From the IMG/VR virus record IMGVR_UViG_3300012953_000019, positions 1 to 64,000 of that record: a stretch of DNA of 64,000 nt; one strand, 5' to 3'. Shown in pieces: positions 28,207 through 36,291 of this stretch (the first letter of the stretch is position 1; the number at the start of each line of letters is the position of its first letter). Under the pieces are notes generated by a model, which saw only the letters and a list, made by a program, of their open reading frames with translations, did not search any database and was not told where the DNA came from. The stretch is from a virus. A program made the translations under genes and the position numbers.

Positions 28207-29093
28207 TGGCTGAAATGTTACATATGAAGACTAGAGTTGTAGACATAGAGACTGTCCATGCTTATGGATGTTCTATGGCAGCTGGTCACGAAATAACACA
28301 TCCAGCAACTTTGGATAAAAATCATAGAATTATTCAGACTATTGAAGGTCCAGAATTAGAAAAAATAATCAGAGCCGACAAAAAAGAATCTTGGGTTGCT
28401 ACTGTATGTAATAATCTAGGAGTAGATCATATTAATAATGCTAGGTATGGATTATCAAATGAACACAGTGCTTGGATTCTACTTGAAGATATAATGAAAG
28501 GAAGAATAAAGAGAAATCATGCCGTATTCTTTTGTATTACTTTGTTGACCCGAGTGTTGTATTTCGATCCTTTAGATGGTAAACCACTATCAAAACAGTT
28601 ACACGCATGGGCTGAAGATTCACCGGAAATTTTAGAACATTATAATGATTATAAGATGTTATATAATTATTTTCTTTTGATGCAACAGATAATGCTTATG
28701 TGTAAGTCTGTTGGTGCACCACTTTATTTCATACCCAGCTTTGAACATCCTACTTGGAATCTAATGTCAGACTATAGACCTTATAACCCAGATGTTCTTA
28801 AAGTGAAGAAAAAGATAAAAAACGACTGGCAGTTTAGAAAAATTATCGATCTTATTGCTAGAGAAATGAATGGAATGTCTTTGTTGGTTCCAGGACCAAT
28901 ACGAAATTCTTCATTTTTGTGGTATACAGAAAGTTTGAATCCTAATCTAGACCATAAAGATTTTCACGCATTAAATAAAAAAGGTATTAAATTAAGAGAA
29001 AAAACTCATTCTCCAGGTCGCCATCCTAATAAATACTCACATGACAAGTATGCAGAAGAAATAACAAAGTTGTTAAAACCAGAAAAAAGCTAA
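28206..29093 (+). CDS. SGNH/GDSL-fold protein
   Basis: HAYGCSMAAG, NNARYGLSN, RHPNKYSH. Confidence 0.6.
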   Translation: MAEMLHMKTRVVDIETVHAYGCSMAAGHEITHPATLDKNHRIIQTIEGPELEKIIRADKKESWVATVCNNLGVDHINNARYGLSNEHSAWILLEDIMKGRIKRNHAVFFCITLLTRVLYFDPLDGKPLSKQLHAWAEDSPEILEHYNDYKMLYNYFLLMQQIMLMCKSVGAPLYFIPSFEHPTWNLMSDYRPYNPDVLKVKKKIKNDWQFRKIIDLIAREMNGMSLLVPGPIRNSSFLWYTESLNPNLDHKDFHALNKKGIKLREKTHSPGRHPNKYSHDKYAEEITKLLKPEKS

Positions 29094-29101
29094 ATAAAAT
29101 T

Positions 29102-29410
29102 ATGAGCAATGTTATTCAGTTTCCAAAAATAACTAGATTGCCAGAACATGAACCATCTGGCTATCGCATCAACTTATACACAGAGGATCAAATAGAATTG
29201 GTTCTTTTCTGTGTTAATATCTGCGAAGATCAAGATTCCACAAAAAAATACGCAAGAAAGGATCTAAAGAATATGGATCCTGTATTTGTTATGGTCCGAA
29301 TGAATGTTTGTTTGGACAACAAATTCATTTCAACAAAAGCAAAGGAGGCGATATTTAAAATTGTTAATTCAATCGAAGTAATTCCTATATCATCACTACA
29401 ATCACACTGA
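29102..29410 (+). CDS. hypothetical protein
   Basis: 102-aa ORF starting MSNVIQFP; a GCTAAATA late-like box lies at 29089-29096. Confidence 0.6.
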   Translation: MSNVIQFPKITRLPEHEPSGYRINLYTEDQIELVLFCVNICEDQDSTKKYARKDLKNMDPVFVMVRMNVCLDNKFISTKAKEAIFKIVNSIEVIPISSLQSH

Positions 29411-29441
29411 CTTATTCATTAACCTAGTAGGATTACAACAT

Positions 29442-30206
29442 ATGCCCAGACGAAAATCTAATCTTCAAGTTATATCACAGTACGAAGATGAAGTTCGCCA
29501 ACCCCAAAAAAATAATCAATGTAAAATCAAGATTGATGACCTTAAAACAATAGGAGCAATGACTGAAACTCAAGGTCAATTCTTTTCACAATACTCTCAA
29601 GGTGCCCAAGCCATGTTACTTCATGGTTCAGCCGGTACAGGAAAAACCTTCATAGCCCTCTACAAGGCATTAGAGGAAGTTCTAGATCCATCCACACAAT
29701 ACGAAAAAGTAGTTATTATTCGCTCGGCAGTTGCTAGCCGTGATATCGGTCACTTGCCTGGCGATCAAGATGAGAAAACTGCTGTTTATATGCAACCATA
29801 CATAGATATGTGTGAAAAACTTATTCCACAAAAGAAAGGTGCATTTAAGCGACTTATCGATACTAAAGCCGTAGAGTGGATGATTACCTCGTTTGTTCGA
29901 GGAATAACACTGGATGATTCTATTGTAATTGTAGATGAATGCCAGAACATGAACGATATGGAGTTAAATTCCGTCTTGACAAGGCTGGGAGAAAATAGTA
30001 AAATAGTTTTGTGTGGTGATTTTAGACAATCAGACCTATACAAGCATAGAACTGATATGTCTGGATTACAAAAGTTTATGGTAATTGCTGAAGATATGAA
30101 ATCTTTTAAAATAATCGAATTTACTGCGGATGACATTGTAAGGAGCAAGTTTGTCCGTGAGTATATCATGGCTAGAATGCGCTATGAGGATGTACATGGT
30201 AGCTAA
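29442..30206 (+). CDS. phoH: PhoH-like ATPase
   Basis: GSAGTGKT Walker A, IGHLPG, RGITL, IVIVDECQN, CGDFRQSDL. Confidence 0.95.
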   Translation: MPRRKSNLQVISQYEDEVRQPQKNNQCKIKIDDLKTIGAMTETQGQFFSQYSQGAQAMLLHGSAGTGKTFIALYKALEEVLDPSTQYEKVVIIRSAVASRDIGHLPGDQDEKTAVYMQPYIDMCEKLIPQKKGAFKRLIDTKAVEWMITSFVRGITLDDSIVIVDECQNMNDMELNSVLTRLGENSKIVLCGDFRQSDLYKHRTDMSGLQKFMVIAEDMKSFKIIEFTADDIVRSKFVREYIMARMRYEDVHGS

Positions 30207-30254
30207 GTTATTGATTTTGTTGACTTTAAATATTACGTAAACCGTAAAAAAAGG

Positions 30255-30283
30255 TTGACATTCGGCTATTGTTTTGCTATAAT
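30255..30283 (+). promoter_or_regulatory. sigma70-type early promoter
   Basis: AAAAAAAGG-TTGACA-17 bp-TATAAT with TGn; same upstream string as the promoter at 1018. Confidence 0.9.
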
Positions 30284-30289
30284 AGTCTT

Positions 30290-30952
30290 ATGAAAATATT
30301 TAATCACTTAGATTTACCAGAACTTCCTAAACTTTCCAGGAAGAATATTGATGGAAAGCGTATGTATTGTACCGACAGTGGTGATAGATTTCCGTCTATC
30401 ACTACTGTCCTTTCATGTCGTGGCAAGAAAGGCTTGTACGAATGGAGACAGCGTGTTGGGTCTGAACAAGCAGACAAGATAAGTAAGAAAGCATCCACGC
30501 GTGGTACCAAAATTCACAAGATATGTGAAGACTATATCAACAACGAACCTTTACCAGAACTGACCCTAGTCGAACAAGAGACTTGGAACACGTTTAGACC
30601 TGTTGTAGAGCGTATCGATAACATCCATCATGTAGAACCATTCATGTTTAGTAAGCATCTCGGCATTGCTGGTCAGTGCGATTGTATTGCAGAATTTGAT
30701 GGTAAGTTGTCTATTATAGACTTCAAAACATCTCGCAGGGTAAAAACACATAAACAGATTTCAAGTTACTTTGCACAGTGTGCCGCATATGCAATCATGT
30801 ATGAAGAGTTGACTGGTATTCCTATCAACAGAACTGTGATATTGATGTCAGTTGATGACGAACAACCATCAATTTTCATTGAAAAACGTGATAACTATGT
30901 CGATTACTTACTAGAAAGTAAGAGAATGTTTGAAGCTGGCGAGATTGACTAA
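30290..30952 (+). CDS. PD-(D/E)xK exonuclease (T4-like phage, Cas4/lambda-exo-like)
   Basis: FPSITTVLS, STRGTKIH, AGQCDCIAE...SIIDFKTS, QCAAYA. The ATG at 30290 is preferred because the track start lies inside the promoter. Confidence 0.85.
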   Translation: MKIFNHLDLPELPKLSRKNIDGKRMYCTDSGDRFPSITTVLSCRGKKGLYEWRQRVGSEQADKISKKASTRGTKIHKICEDYINNEPLPELTLVEQETWNTFRPVVERIDNIHHVEPFMFSKHLGIAGQCDCIAEFDGKLSIIDFKTSRRVKTHKQISSYFAQCAAYAIMYEELTGIPINRTVILMSVDDEQPSIFIEKRDNYVDYLLESKRMFEAGEID

Positions 30953-30974
30953 TTTAAAAGTGCTAAATAGTACT

Positions 30975-31240
30975 ACAGGATTTGATGAAGCGTATATTAA
31001 GAAGTTTGGACGCGGGTGCAACTCCCGCCGCCTCCACCAAATGTACATTATACGAACCATTACAGTGTACATTTGATGGGGGCGAGTTAGGTTCGACAGG
31101 CAACTGAAGGTACGTGGAGAATCGGTGCGGAAGCTACCGTAAACGCAACAAAACCTATAAATGCCAACGATGAGGTATTTGCACTAGCCGCATAAGCTAG
31201 TCGGGGTATGGGATCCACCTTGTAATCCAACGGTCCCACT
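30975..31240 (+). ncRNA. ssrA: circularly permuted (two-piece) tmRNA; outer ends approximate
   Basis: 3' tRNA-like part comes first: GGAC-GCGGG-TGCAACT-CCCGC-CGCCTCC-A-CCA (ends 31039). An intervening hairpin follows, then 5' GGGGGCG (31078-84) pairing 7/7 with CGCCTCC including G3-U70. Also GGTTCGAC, pk1, and tag ANDEVFALAA-stop at 31163-31195. Confidence 0.95.
31040..31077 (+). other. tmRNA intervening segment
   Basis: Lies between CCA and GGGGGCG; 10-bp inverted repeat CAAATGTACA (31038-47) / TGTACATTTG (31066-75). Confidence 0.85.
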
Positions 31241-31265
31241 TTTATAGCAAGAAAGGATAAACTAT

Positions 31266-31832
31266 ATGCTAAAATCAAATTTGCTAACAATTAGCCCTAT
31301 ATTACTCACGATCTTTTATGTAAGTGAGACTCAATTACAGGAAGCAAGGTTATACGATACTGTAGAACCAGTTAAGATTGAAGTTATAGTTCCACAAATT
31401 GATACAAAAGAAATTCACTGTATGGCATTGAACATATATCATGAAGCGAGAAACGAGTCGGTAGATGGACAAATTGCGGTTGCAAATGTTACAATGAATC
31501 GTGCAAAAGATTCAAGATTTCCTAGTACAATATGTGAAGTTGTCTACCAAGCTAAAATGAGTAGTTGGTGGAAAAAAGAAAGAAACAGAGAAGTGCCTAT
31601 TAGAAATGCTTGCCAATTTAGTTGGTACTGTGATGGTAAGAGTGACAAAGTTCATGAGATTAATGTGTACAATAAAATCTATGTAATAGCTGAAGAAGTA
31701 CTTATGGGATTACATAAAGACAACACATATGGTTCAACACACTACCATGCAAACTATGTCGACCCATATTGGGCAAGTAGTCTACGAAAAGTTGCTTATG
31801 TAGACAATCATATATTTTATAGTGGATATTAA
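31266..31832 (+). CDS. cell wall hydrolase, SleB/Hydrolase_2 family, with N-terminal hydrophobic anchor
   Basis: CMALNIYHEARNE, AVANVTMNR, FPSTICEVVYQ, CQFSWYCDG, THYHA.YV.PYW, HIFY. Confidence 0.93.
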   Translation: MLKSNLLTISPILLTIFYVSETQLQEARLYDTVEPVKIEVIVPQIDTKEIHCMALNIYHEARNESVDGQIAVANVTMNRAKDSRFPSTICEVVYQAKMSSWWKKERNREVPIRNACQFSWYCDGKSDKVHEINVYNKIYVIAEEVLMGLHKDNTYGSTHYHANYVDPYWASSLRKVAYVDNHIFYSGY

Positions 31833-32720
31833 ATGAATTTTATAGTTACTGGTGGCTGCGGATTTATAGGATCACATTTGGTAGAAGCATTAGTGGTCAC
31901 TGGTAACAATGTCATTGTCGTTGATGATCAACGCGCTGGAAAATTTAAAATTACAGATGATAATGTCCAATACCTAAAACAAGATGTTTGTAGTGCAAGT
32001 ATTCAAGGTAAATGTGATGGAATTTTTCATCTAGCAAATACTCCAAGAATTCGTCTTGCACAAAAGAAACCACTTCTTGCATTACGTAATGGTATTGATC
32101 CAACAATTCACGTTGCTGAAATGGCAAGAAAGTTTAAATGCCCCTTGTATTTTGCCTCAAGTTCTAGTACAATATACTCTAATAAAATATCTAATCCTTA
32201 TACACTTTCTAAAGCAGTAAGTGAAGATATTCTTGATATGTACTGGGAACTTTATGGAGTTCCTTCGCATATAATGTATTTTTATAATGTTTATGGACCA
32301 AGAGAAGCAAATTATGGTGTACATAGTACGGTAATACGATCATTTAAAACTGCTGTACAGACAGGAAATCCATTACGAATTTTTGGTACAGGAAAAAAGA
32401 CTAGAGATTTTACTCATGTTTATGATGTAGTAGATGGTATGTTAAATTTAATTATGATGGAGAAAAGACCAAGACAAACACATTTTGGCAGAGGTGATCC
32501 TTACTCCATAAAAGAAATTGCAGATGCATTTAAGCACCCTGTAGTATATGAGTTTGATAGAAAGGGAGAGGCACAAGATACAATATGTGAAAAACCCTTT
32601 ATGAAATCAAACTACGATGTTATTGATTACATTAAACACTGGAAAGAAGAGTTTAATGAAGCAAAGAAATATTTTGAAGTTAAAAGTAAATTACAGGAGA
32701 TAGATAACCGCAATGCCTAA
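31833..32720 (+). CDS. NAD-dependent nucleotide-sugar epimerase/dehydratase (extended SDR)
   Basis: VTGGCGFIGSHL, ASSS, YTLSK (YxxxK), FYNVYGP, TRDFTHV.D. Confidence 0.92.
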   Translation: MNFIVTGGCGFIGSHLVEALVVTGNNVIVVDDQRAGKFKITDDNVQYLKQDVCSASIQGKCDGIFHLANTPRIRLAQKKPLLALRNGIDPTIHVAEMARKFKCPLYFASSSSTIYSNKISNPYTLSKAVSEDILDMYWELYGVPSHIMYFYNVYGPREANYGVHSTVIRSFKTAVQTGNPLRIFGTGKKTRDFTHVYDVVDGMLNLIMMEKRPRQTHFGRGDPYSIKEIADAFKHPVVYEFDRKGEAQDTICEKPFMKSNYDVIDYIKHWKEEFNEAKKYFEVKSKLQEIDNRNA

Positions 32721-32997
32721 AGCAGTAGATATAAATGATAACCTTCCCATGTCAGATCCATATCTGATAACAAAAGAGTTTAAGTCCTCGAATGAATTCT
32801 CACAGCACATTGAGCGACTGGCACATAACTCTGGTAGTTTTATTGATGCTATTGTTGATTATTGTGGTGCTAAAGATATTGATGTTGAAAGTGTGAAGAA
32901 ATTATTATCTCCTTCACTGAAAGAAAAAATTAAAGCAGAAGCAGAAGATTTGAACTTACTAAAAGGTGGTAACAAGACATACAAGTTACCTATTTAA
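32713..32997 (+). CDS. gp33: late transcription co-activator gp33
   Basis: FSQHIE...DAIVDYC..KDID.E.VKKLLSPSLKEKIKAEAE.LNLL; position next to gp59. Confidence 0.85.
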   Translation: MPKAVDINDNLPMSDPYLITKEFKSSNEFSQHIERLAHNSGSFIDAIVDYCGAKDIDVESVKKLLSPSLKEKIKAEAEDLNLLKGGNKTYKLPI

Positions 32998-32998
32998 T

Positions 32999-33580
32999 AT
33001 GGTAGAACCCTTTGAAGTCTATAAACTTTACCTTGCACTGAAGTTACATTTCACAAAGAAAGACTATGACATTACAAAGACTAAAGGTGCAGTCAAAGTA
33101 AAGCAAGAAACATTTCTTAAACGTAAAGACTTAACCGTTATAAGAAAGTTGGCTAGAGACTATAGTAGAAGTGAGATCATAGACTTCTTAGTAGCCAACT
33201 TTGTCAGTGGTGAAAAATGGGGTGGGTTGTTTGATGTTGAAGCCAATAGAATATATAAGCAGTGGTCTATTAGAAAATCAAAACGGGAATATACTTTTAT
33301 ACAAGACGTTGATGCCTTGTTACTAGAAATGGAAAAGAATAACATAAAGAATCCTTTTTATGAAAAAAGTTCAAAACACCCCTTGACTTTTAGATTATAT
33401 TTTGCTAAAATGATCACAATTGAAACTCTTGTAATATTAGATAAGATTTTCAATTTCGTAGATAGCGAAACGGATGATGTTTTTATCAGTGATTTATCAT
33501 TGATAGTCAAAAAGTATCGACCGTTCGTTAAGGTTACAGACAAAATGAAGTCTGTGGCACAGTCCTTAAAAGTAGTATAA
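32999..33580 (+). CDS. gp59: helicase loader gp59
   Basis: FEVYKLYLALKLHF...YD...F..RKD...KLA...FLVANF; ETLVILD. Confidence 0.88.
   Translation: MVEPFEVYKLYLALKLHFTKKDYDITKTKGAVKVKQETFLKRKDLTVIRKLARDYSRSEIIDFLVANFVSGEKWGGLFDVEANRIYKQWSIRKSKREYTFIQDVDALLLEMEKNNIKNPFYEKSSKHPLTFRLYFAKMITIETLVILDKIFNFVDSETDDVFISDLSLIVKKYRPFVKVTDKMKSVAQSLKVV
33383..33411 (+). promoter_or_regulatory. sigma70-like promoter inside gp59, facing gp32
   Basis: TTGACT-17 bp-TAAAAT with TGn. Confidence 0.5.
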
Positions 33581-33583
33581 ATA
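33576..33583 (+). promoter_or_regulatory. T4-type late promoter
   Basis: TATAAATA at the gp59 stop, followed directly by an AGGAG SD. Confidence 0.75.
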
Positions 33584-33598
33584 GGAGTATACTGTAAG

Positions 33599-33790
33599 AT
33601 GGGCAAGAAACGTAATCGCACATCCCAGTGTGGTGACGAAGAAAAACGTGTTCGTAGAGTAGAGAGTGAGGGTAAAACCAAACTCGACAAATACAAGCAC
33701 TTATTATATGATGATGGATCGTATGATGATGAAGTTTATGATGAACTATGTTACCATACACACAAAATACATCGCAAATTAAGTACATAA
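33599..33790 (+). CDS. small protein (63 aa) with basic N-half and acidic Tyr/Asp-rich C-half
   Basis: AGGAG SD; fills the gp59-gp32 gap. Confidence 0.6.
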   Translation: MGKKRNRTSQCGDEEKRVRRVESEGKTKLDKYKHLLYDDGSYDDEVYDELCYHTHKIHRKLST

Positions 33791-33808
33791 CGTAAACAGG
33801 AGAAATAT

Positions 33809-34726
33809 ATGTCTTTTAATTCACTTTCTGACCTCCGCAATTCCCGCGGTAACTTCAACTCTTTGATGAAAGAAGTTGAAAAAATGTCCACTACTACCAC
33901 AACACAATCCCGTGATGATGGTCGTGAGTGGAAACCCACTGTCGATCAAGCTGGTAATGGTTATGCTGTTATCCGATTTTTGCCTGCACCAAAAGGAGAA
34001 GATTTTCCTTGGGCAAGAATTTGGAATCATGGCTTTCAAGGACCAACTGGTAAGTGGTACATCGAAAACTCTCTGACTACTCTTGGTCAACAAGATCCAG
34101 TGTCAGAGTTAAATACTGAACTTTGGAACAGCGGAGTAGATGCTGACAAAGAAACTGCACGTAAGCAGAAACGTAGACTGGCTTACTACGCAAACATTGT
34201 GGTTGTAAAAGACCCCGGTAATCCTGCAAATGAAGGACAAGTATTCCTTTATAAGTTCGGTAAGAAAATCTTTGATAAGATTTCTGAAGCAATGAAACCA
34301 GAGTTTGAAGATGAGACTCCTCTCAACCCTTTCGACTTTTGGGAAGGTGTAAACTTCAAATTGAAGATTCGTCAAGTTGAGGGTTACCGAAACTATGACA
34401 AGTCTGAGTTTGAAGCCTCTCCAGTTCCAGTAGCAGATAACGATGAAGGTATCGAAGCTATCTGGGCAAAGCAATACTCTCTAGCCGAGATTGTTGATCC
34501 AAAAAACTTCAAATCATATGAAGCACTGCAAACTAAATTGCAACAAGTGCTTGGTGGTAAGTCTGTTCCTGCTCCAGCGGCAAGTGTAGCTGACCAAACT
34601 GGTGATGTTGAAGATGATTTGTTCGTAAAGAACAACAAAACACCCGATCTTGCCACAACTGTGGAATCAGCATCTACTGATGATGATGCATTATCCTACT
34701 TTTCGAAGTTGGCTGATGAGGACTAA
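33809..34726 (+). CDS. gp32: single-stranded DNA-binding protein gp32
   Basis: DDGREWKP.VD.AGNGYAVIRFLPAP, HGFQGPTGKWYIENSLTT, KYGKK-like YKFGKKIFDKI, acidic tail YFSKLADED. Confidence 0.97.
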   Translation: MSFNSLSDLRNSRGNFNSLMKEVEKMSTTTTTQSRDDGREWKPTVDQAGNGYAVIRFLPAPKGEDFPWARIWNHGFQGPTGKWYIENSLTTLGQQDPVSELNTELWNSGVDADKETARKQKRRLAYYANIVVVKDPGNPANEGQVFLYKFGKKIFDKISEAMKPEFEDETPLNPFDFWEGVNFKLKIRQVEGYRNYDKSEFEASPVPVADNDEGIEAIWAKQYSLAEIVDPKNFKSYEALQTKLQQVLGGKSVPAPAASVADQTGDVEDDLFVKNNKTPDLATTVESASTDDDALSYFSKLADED

Positions 34727-34748
34727 ATAGTTCTGTCAAGTGTTTAGG

Positions 34749-34775
34749 GGGGAGCCTTGCGCTCCCCTTTTTTTT
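34749..34775 (+). terminator. intrinsic terminator after gp32
   Basis: GGGGAGC-CTTGC-GCTCCCC followed by T8. Confidence 0.88.
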
Positions 34776-34788
34776 CTTTAGGGTTATT

Positions 34789-36291
34789 ATGCACGGAATA
34801 ATATTTGGTGGCTTGTTAGAAGATATGGGAATGGACTCCAGTATGGTAAGCATTCGCAGATCATCTGGCGCACATAAAATTGCTACCTTTTTACGAAAAC
34901 ATAATTATGATATTGAGGTTGTTGATTATATTCATCGATGGTCTTTAGATCAATTAAAAGAATTTGCAACAAAGAAAGTTGATAATGAAACTCTTTTCTT
35001 TGGCTTTAGTTCTACATTTATGATTAGTACACCAGAATTAGTTGAGTTTGTTCATTGGCTCAAAGAAAGATACCCACATATAAAACAAGTTATTGGCAGT
35101 CAGAATCAAACGATGAAAGAATTGCCCTGTGATTGGTATGTTTATGGGTATGGTGAGTACGCTATATTGGCTCTTATAGACCATTTTAGAGGCGGTCCAG
35201 AGCCGATACACGAAGGAAATCTCATAAATGCATACACGAACTACAAGGCATTTCCTAAAGAAGACCTTTCTGTTCAGTATACAGAAAGAGATTTTATCCA
35301 CGACAGAGAAATACTACTATTAGAGATGGCAAGAGGATGTAAGTTTAAATGTTCTTTCTGTAGTTTTCCTATTCTTGGTGTGAAAGATGATCATACAACT
35401 TCAGAACAATATTTCTACGATGAGATGTTGAGAAACTATGACAAATGGGGTACGACTCATTACATGGTTCTAGATGAAACATTCAATGATTCTAGTGCAA
35501 AGATTGCCAAGTATGCGGCTGCCTGTAGAAAACTTCCATTCAAACCTAAAATGACTGCTTATATTAGAGCAGACTTAATGGTATCTAGAATACAAGATTG
35601 GGATAACTTGATAGATATGGGAATCACTTCTCATTTTTATGGTGTTGAATCTATGCACTTGCCTTCAGCGAAATCAATTGGCAAAGGAATGAATAGTGGT
35701 AGAATACAAGATGGATTATTAGCAGTAGATTCTTACTTTAGAAAGAATGCTGGCTTTTATAAAGGACATATATCTTTGATTGCTGGCTTACCACACGAAA
35801 CGTTGGATACACTTAGAGAAACAAAAGACTGGTTAGAAAAGTATTGGCAACAAAATAGTTTTCATTTGAACATATTGATGATTAAAGACTTAGAGAAAAA
35901 TGGTACATCATTGAATCATAATTCTGCTATGGATAAAGATTGGAAAAGATTTGGATACGAGAAAACTACTTTTCCAGAAGAGTGTGATATTGATTGGAGT
36001 AAAAGTTTCAATCCATACTTTAAAAATCTTTATGAGTATGTAGATAACTATGAGTATTATTTAAAATGGAAAAATCCAAATCTAAGTTTATATGATGTTA
36101 CTAAATTTGCTGTTGAAGAATGGAGCCAAGCTAAACTTAAAAATGGTATCGATCCATTTATGTATGATAAGTTCTTTATAGATCCTACAGTGAAATGGAG
36201 TGACTTTGCAGAATTAAATCATTTAGAAAGAAGAACAGAGCATATCAATGCTCAGATAGATTCTTATATAGAAAGAAAATTAGTCTCTTGA
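34789..36291 (+). CDS. B12-binding-type (class B-like) radical SAM protein
   Basis: N-terminal Rossmann-like domain (GAHKIATFLR...DIEVVDY, FGFSSTF, VYGYGE), LEMARGCKFKCSFC, DETFND, FYGVES, LIAGLPHET. Confidence 0.85.
   Translation: MHGIIFGGLLEDMGMDSSMVSIRRSSGAHKIATFLRKHNYDIEVVDYIHRWSLDQLKEFATKKVDNETLFFGFSSTFMISTPELVEFVHWLKERYPHIKQVIGSQNQTMKELPCDWYVYGYGEYAILALIDHFRGGPEPIHEGNLINAYTNYKAFPKEDLSVQYTERDFIHDREILLLEMARGCKFKCSFCSFPILGVKDDHTTSEQYFYDEMLRNYDKWGTTHYMVLDETFNDSSAKIAKYAAACRKLPFKPKMTAYIRADLMVSRIQDWDNLIDMGITSHFYGVESMHLPSAKSIGKGMNSGRIQDGLLAVDSYFRKNAGFYKGHISLIAGLPHETLDTLRETKDWLEKYWQQNSFHLNILMIKDLEKNGTSLNHNSAMDKDWKRFGYEKTTFPEECDIDWSKSFNPYFKNLYEYVDNYEYYLKWKNPNLSLYDVTKFAVEEWSQAKLKNGIDPFMYDKFFIDPTVKWSDFAELNHLERRTEHINAQIDSYIERKLVS

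Noticed and set aside
30290-30952. Cas4-like gene as a sign of CRISPR-Cas
   Set aside because: No array or other cas genes; this exonuclease is a usual solo gene of T4-like phages.
31008-31039. Stand-alone tRNA gene
   Set aside because: No D-arm or anticodon arm upstream; the matching acceptor strand lies downstream, as in a permuted tmRNA.
31087-31290. 67-aa minus-strand ORF
   Set aside because: It is antisense to the tmRNA coding piece, with no SD or recognisable motif.
34722-34729. ACTAAATA as a late promoter for the B12-type radical SAM gene
   Set aside because: It is a non-consensus box upstream of a strong terminator, and such variants are frequent in AT-rich DNA.
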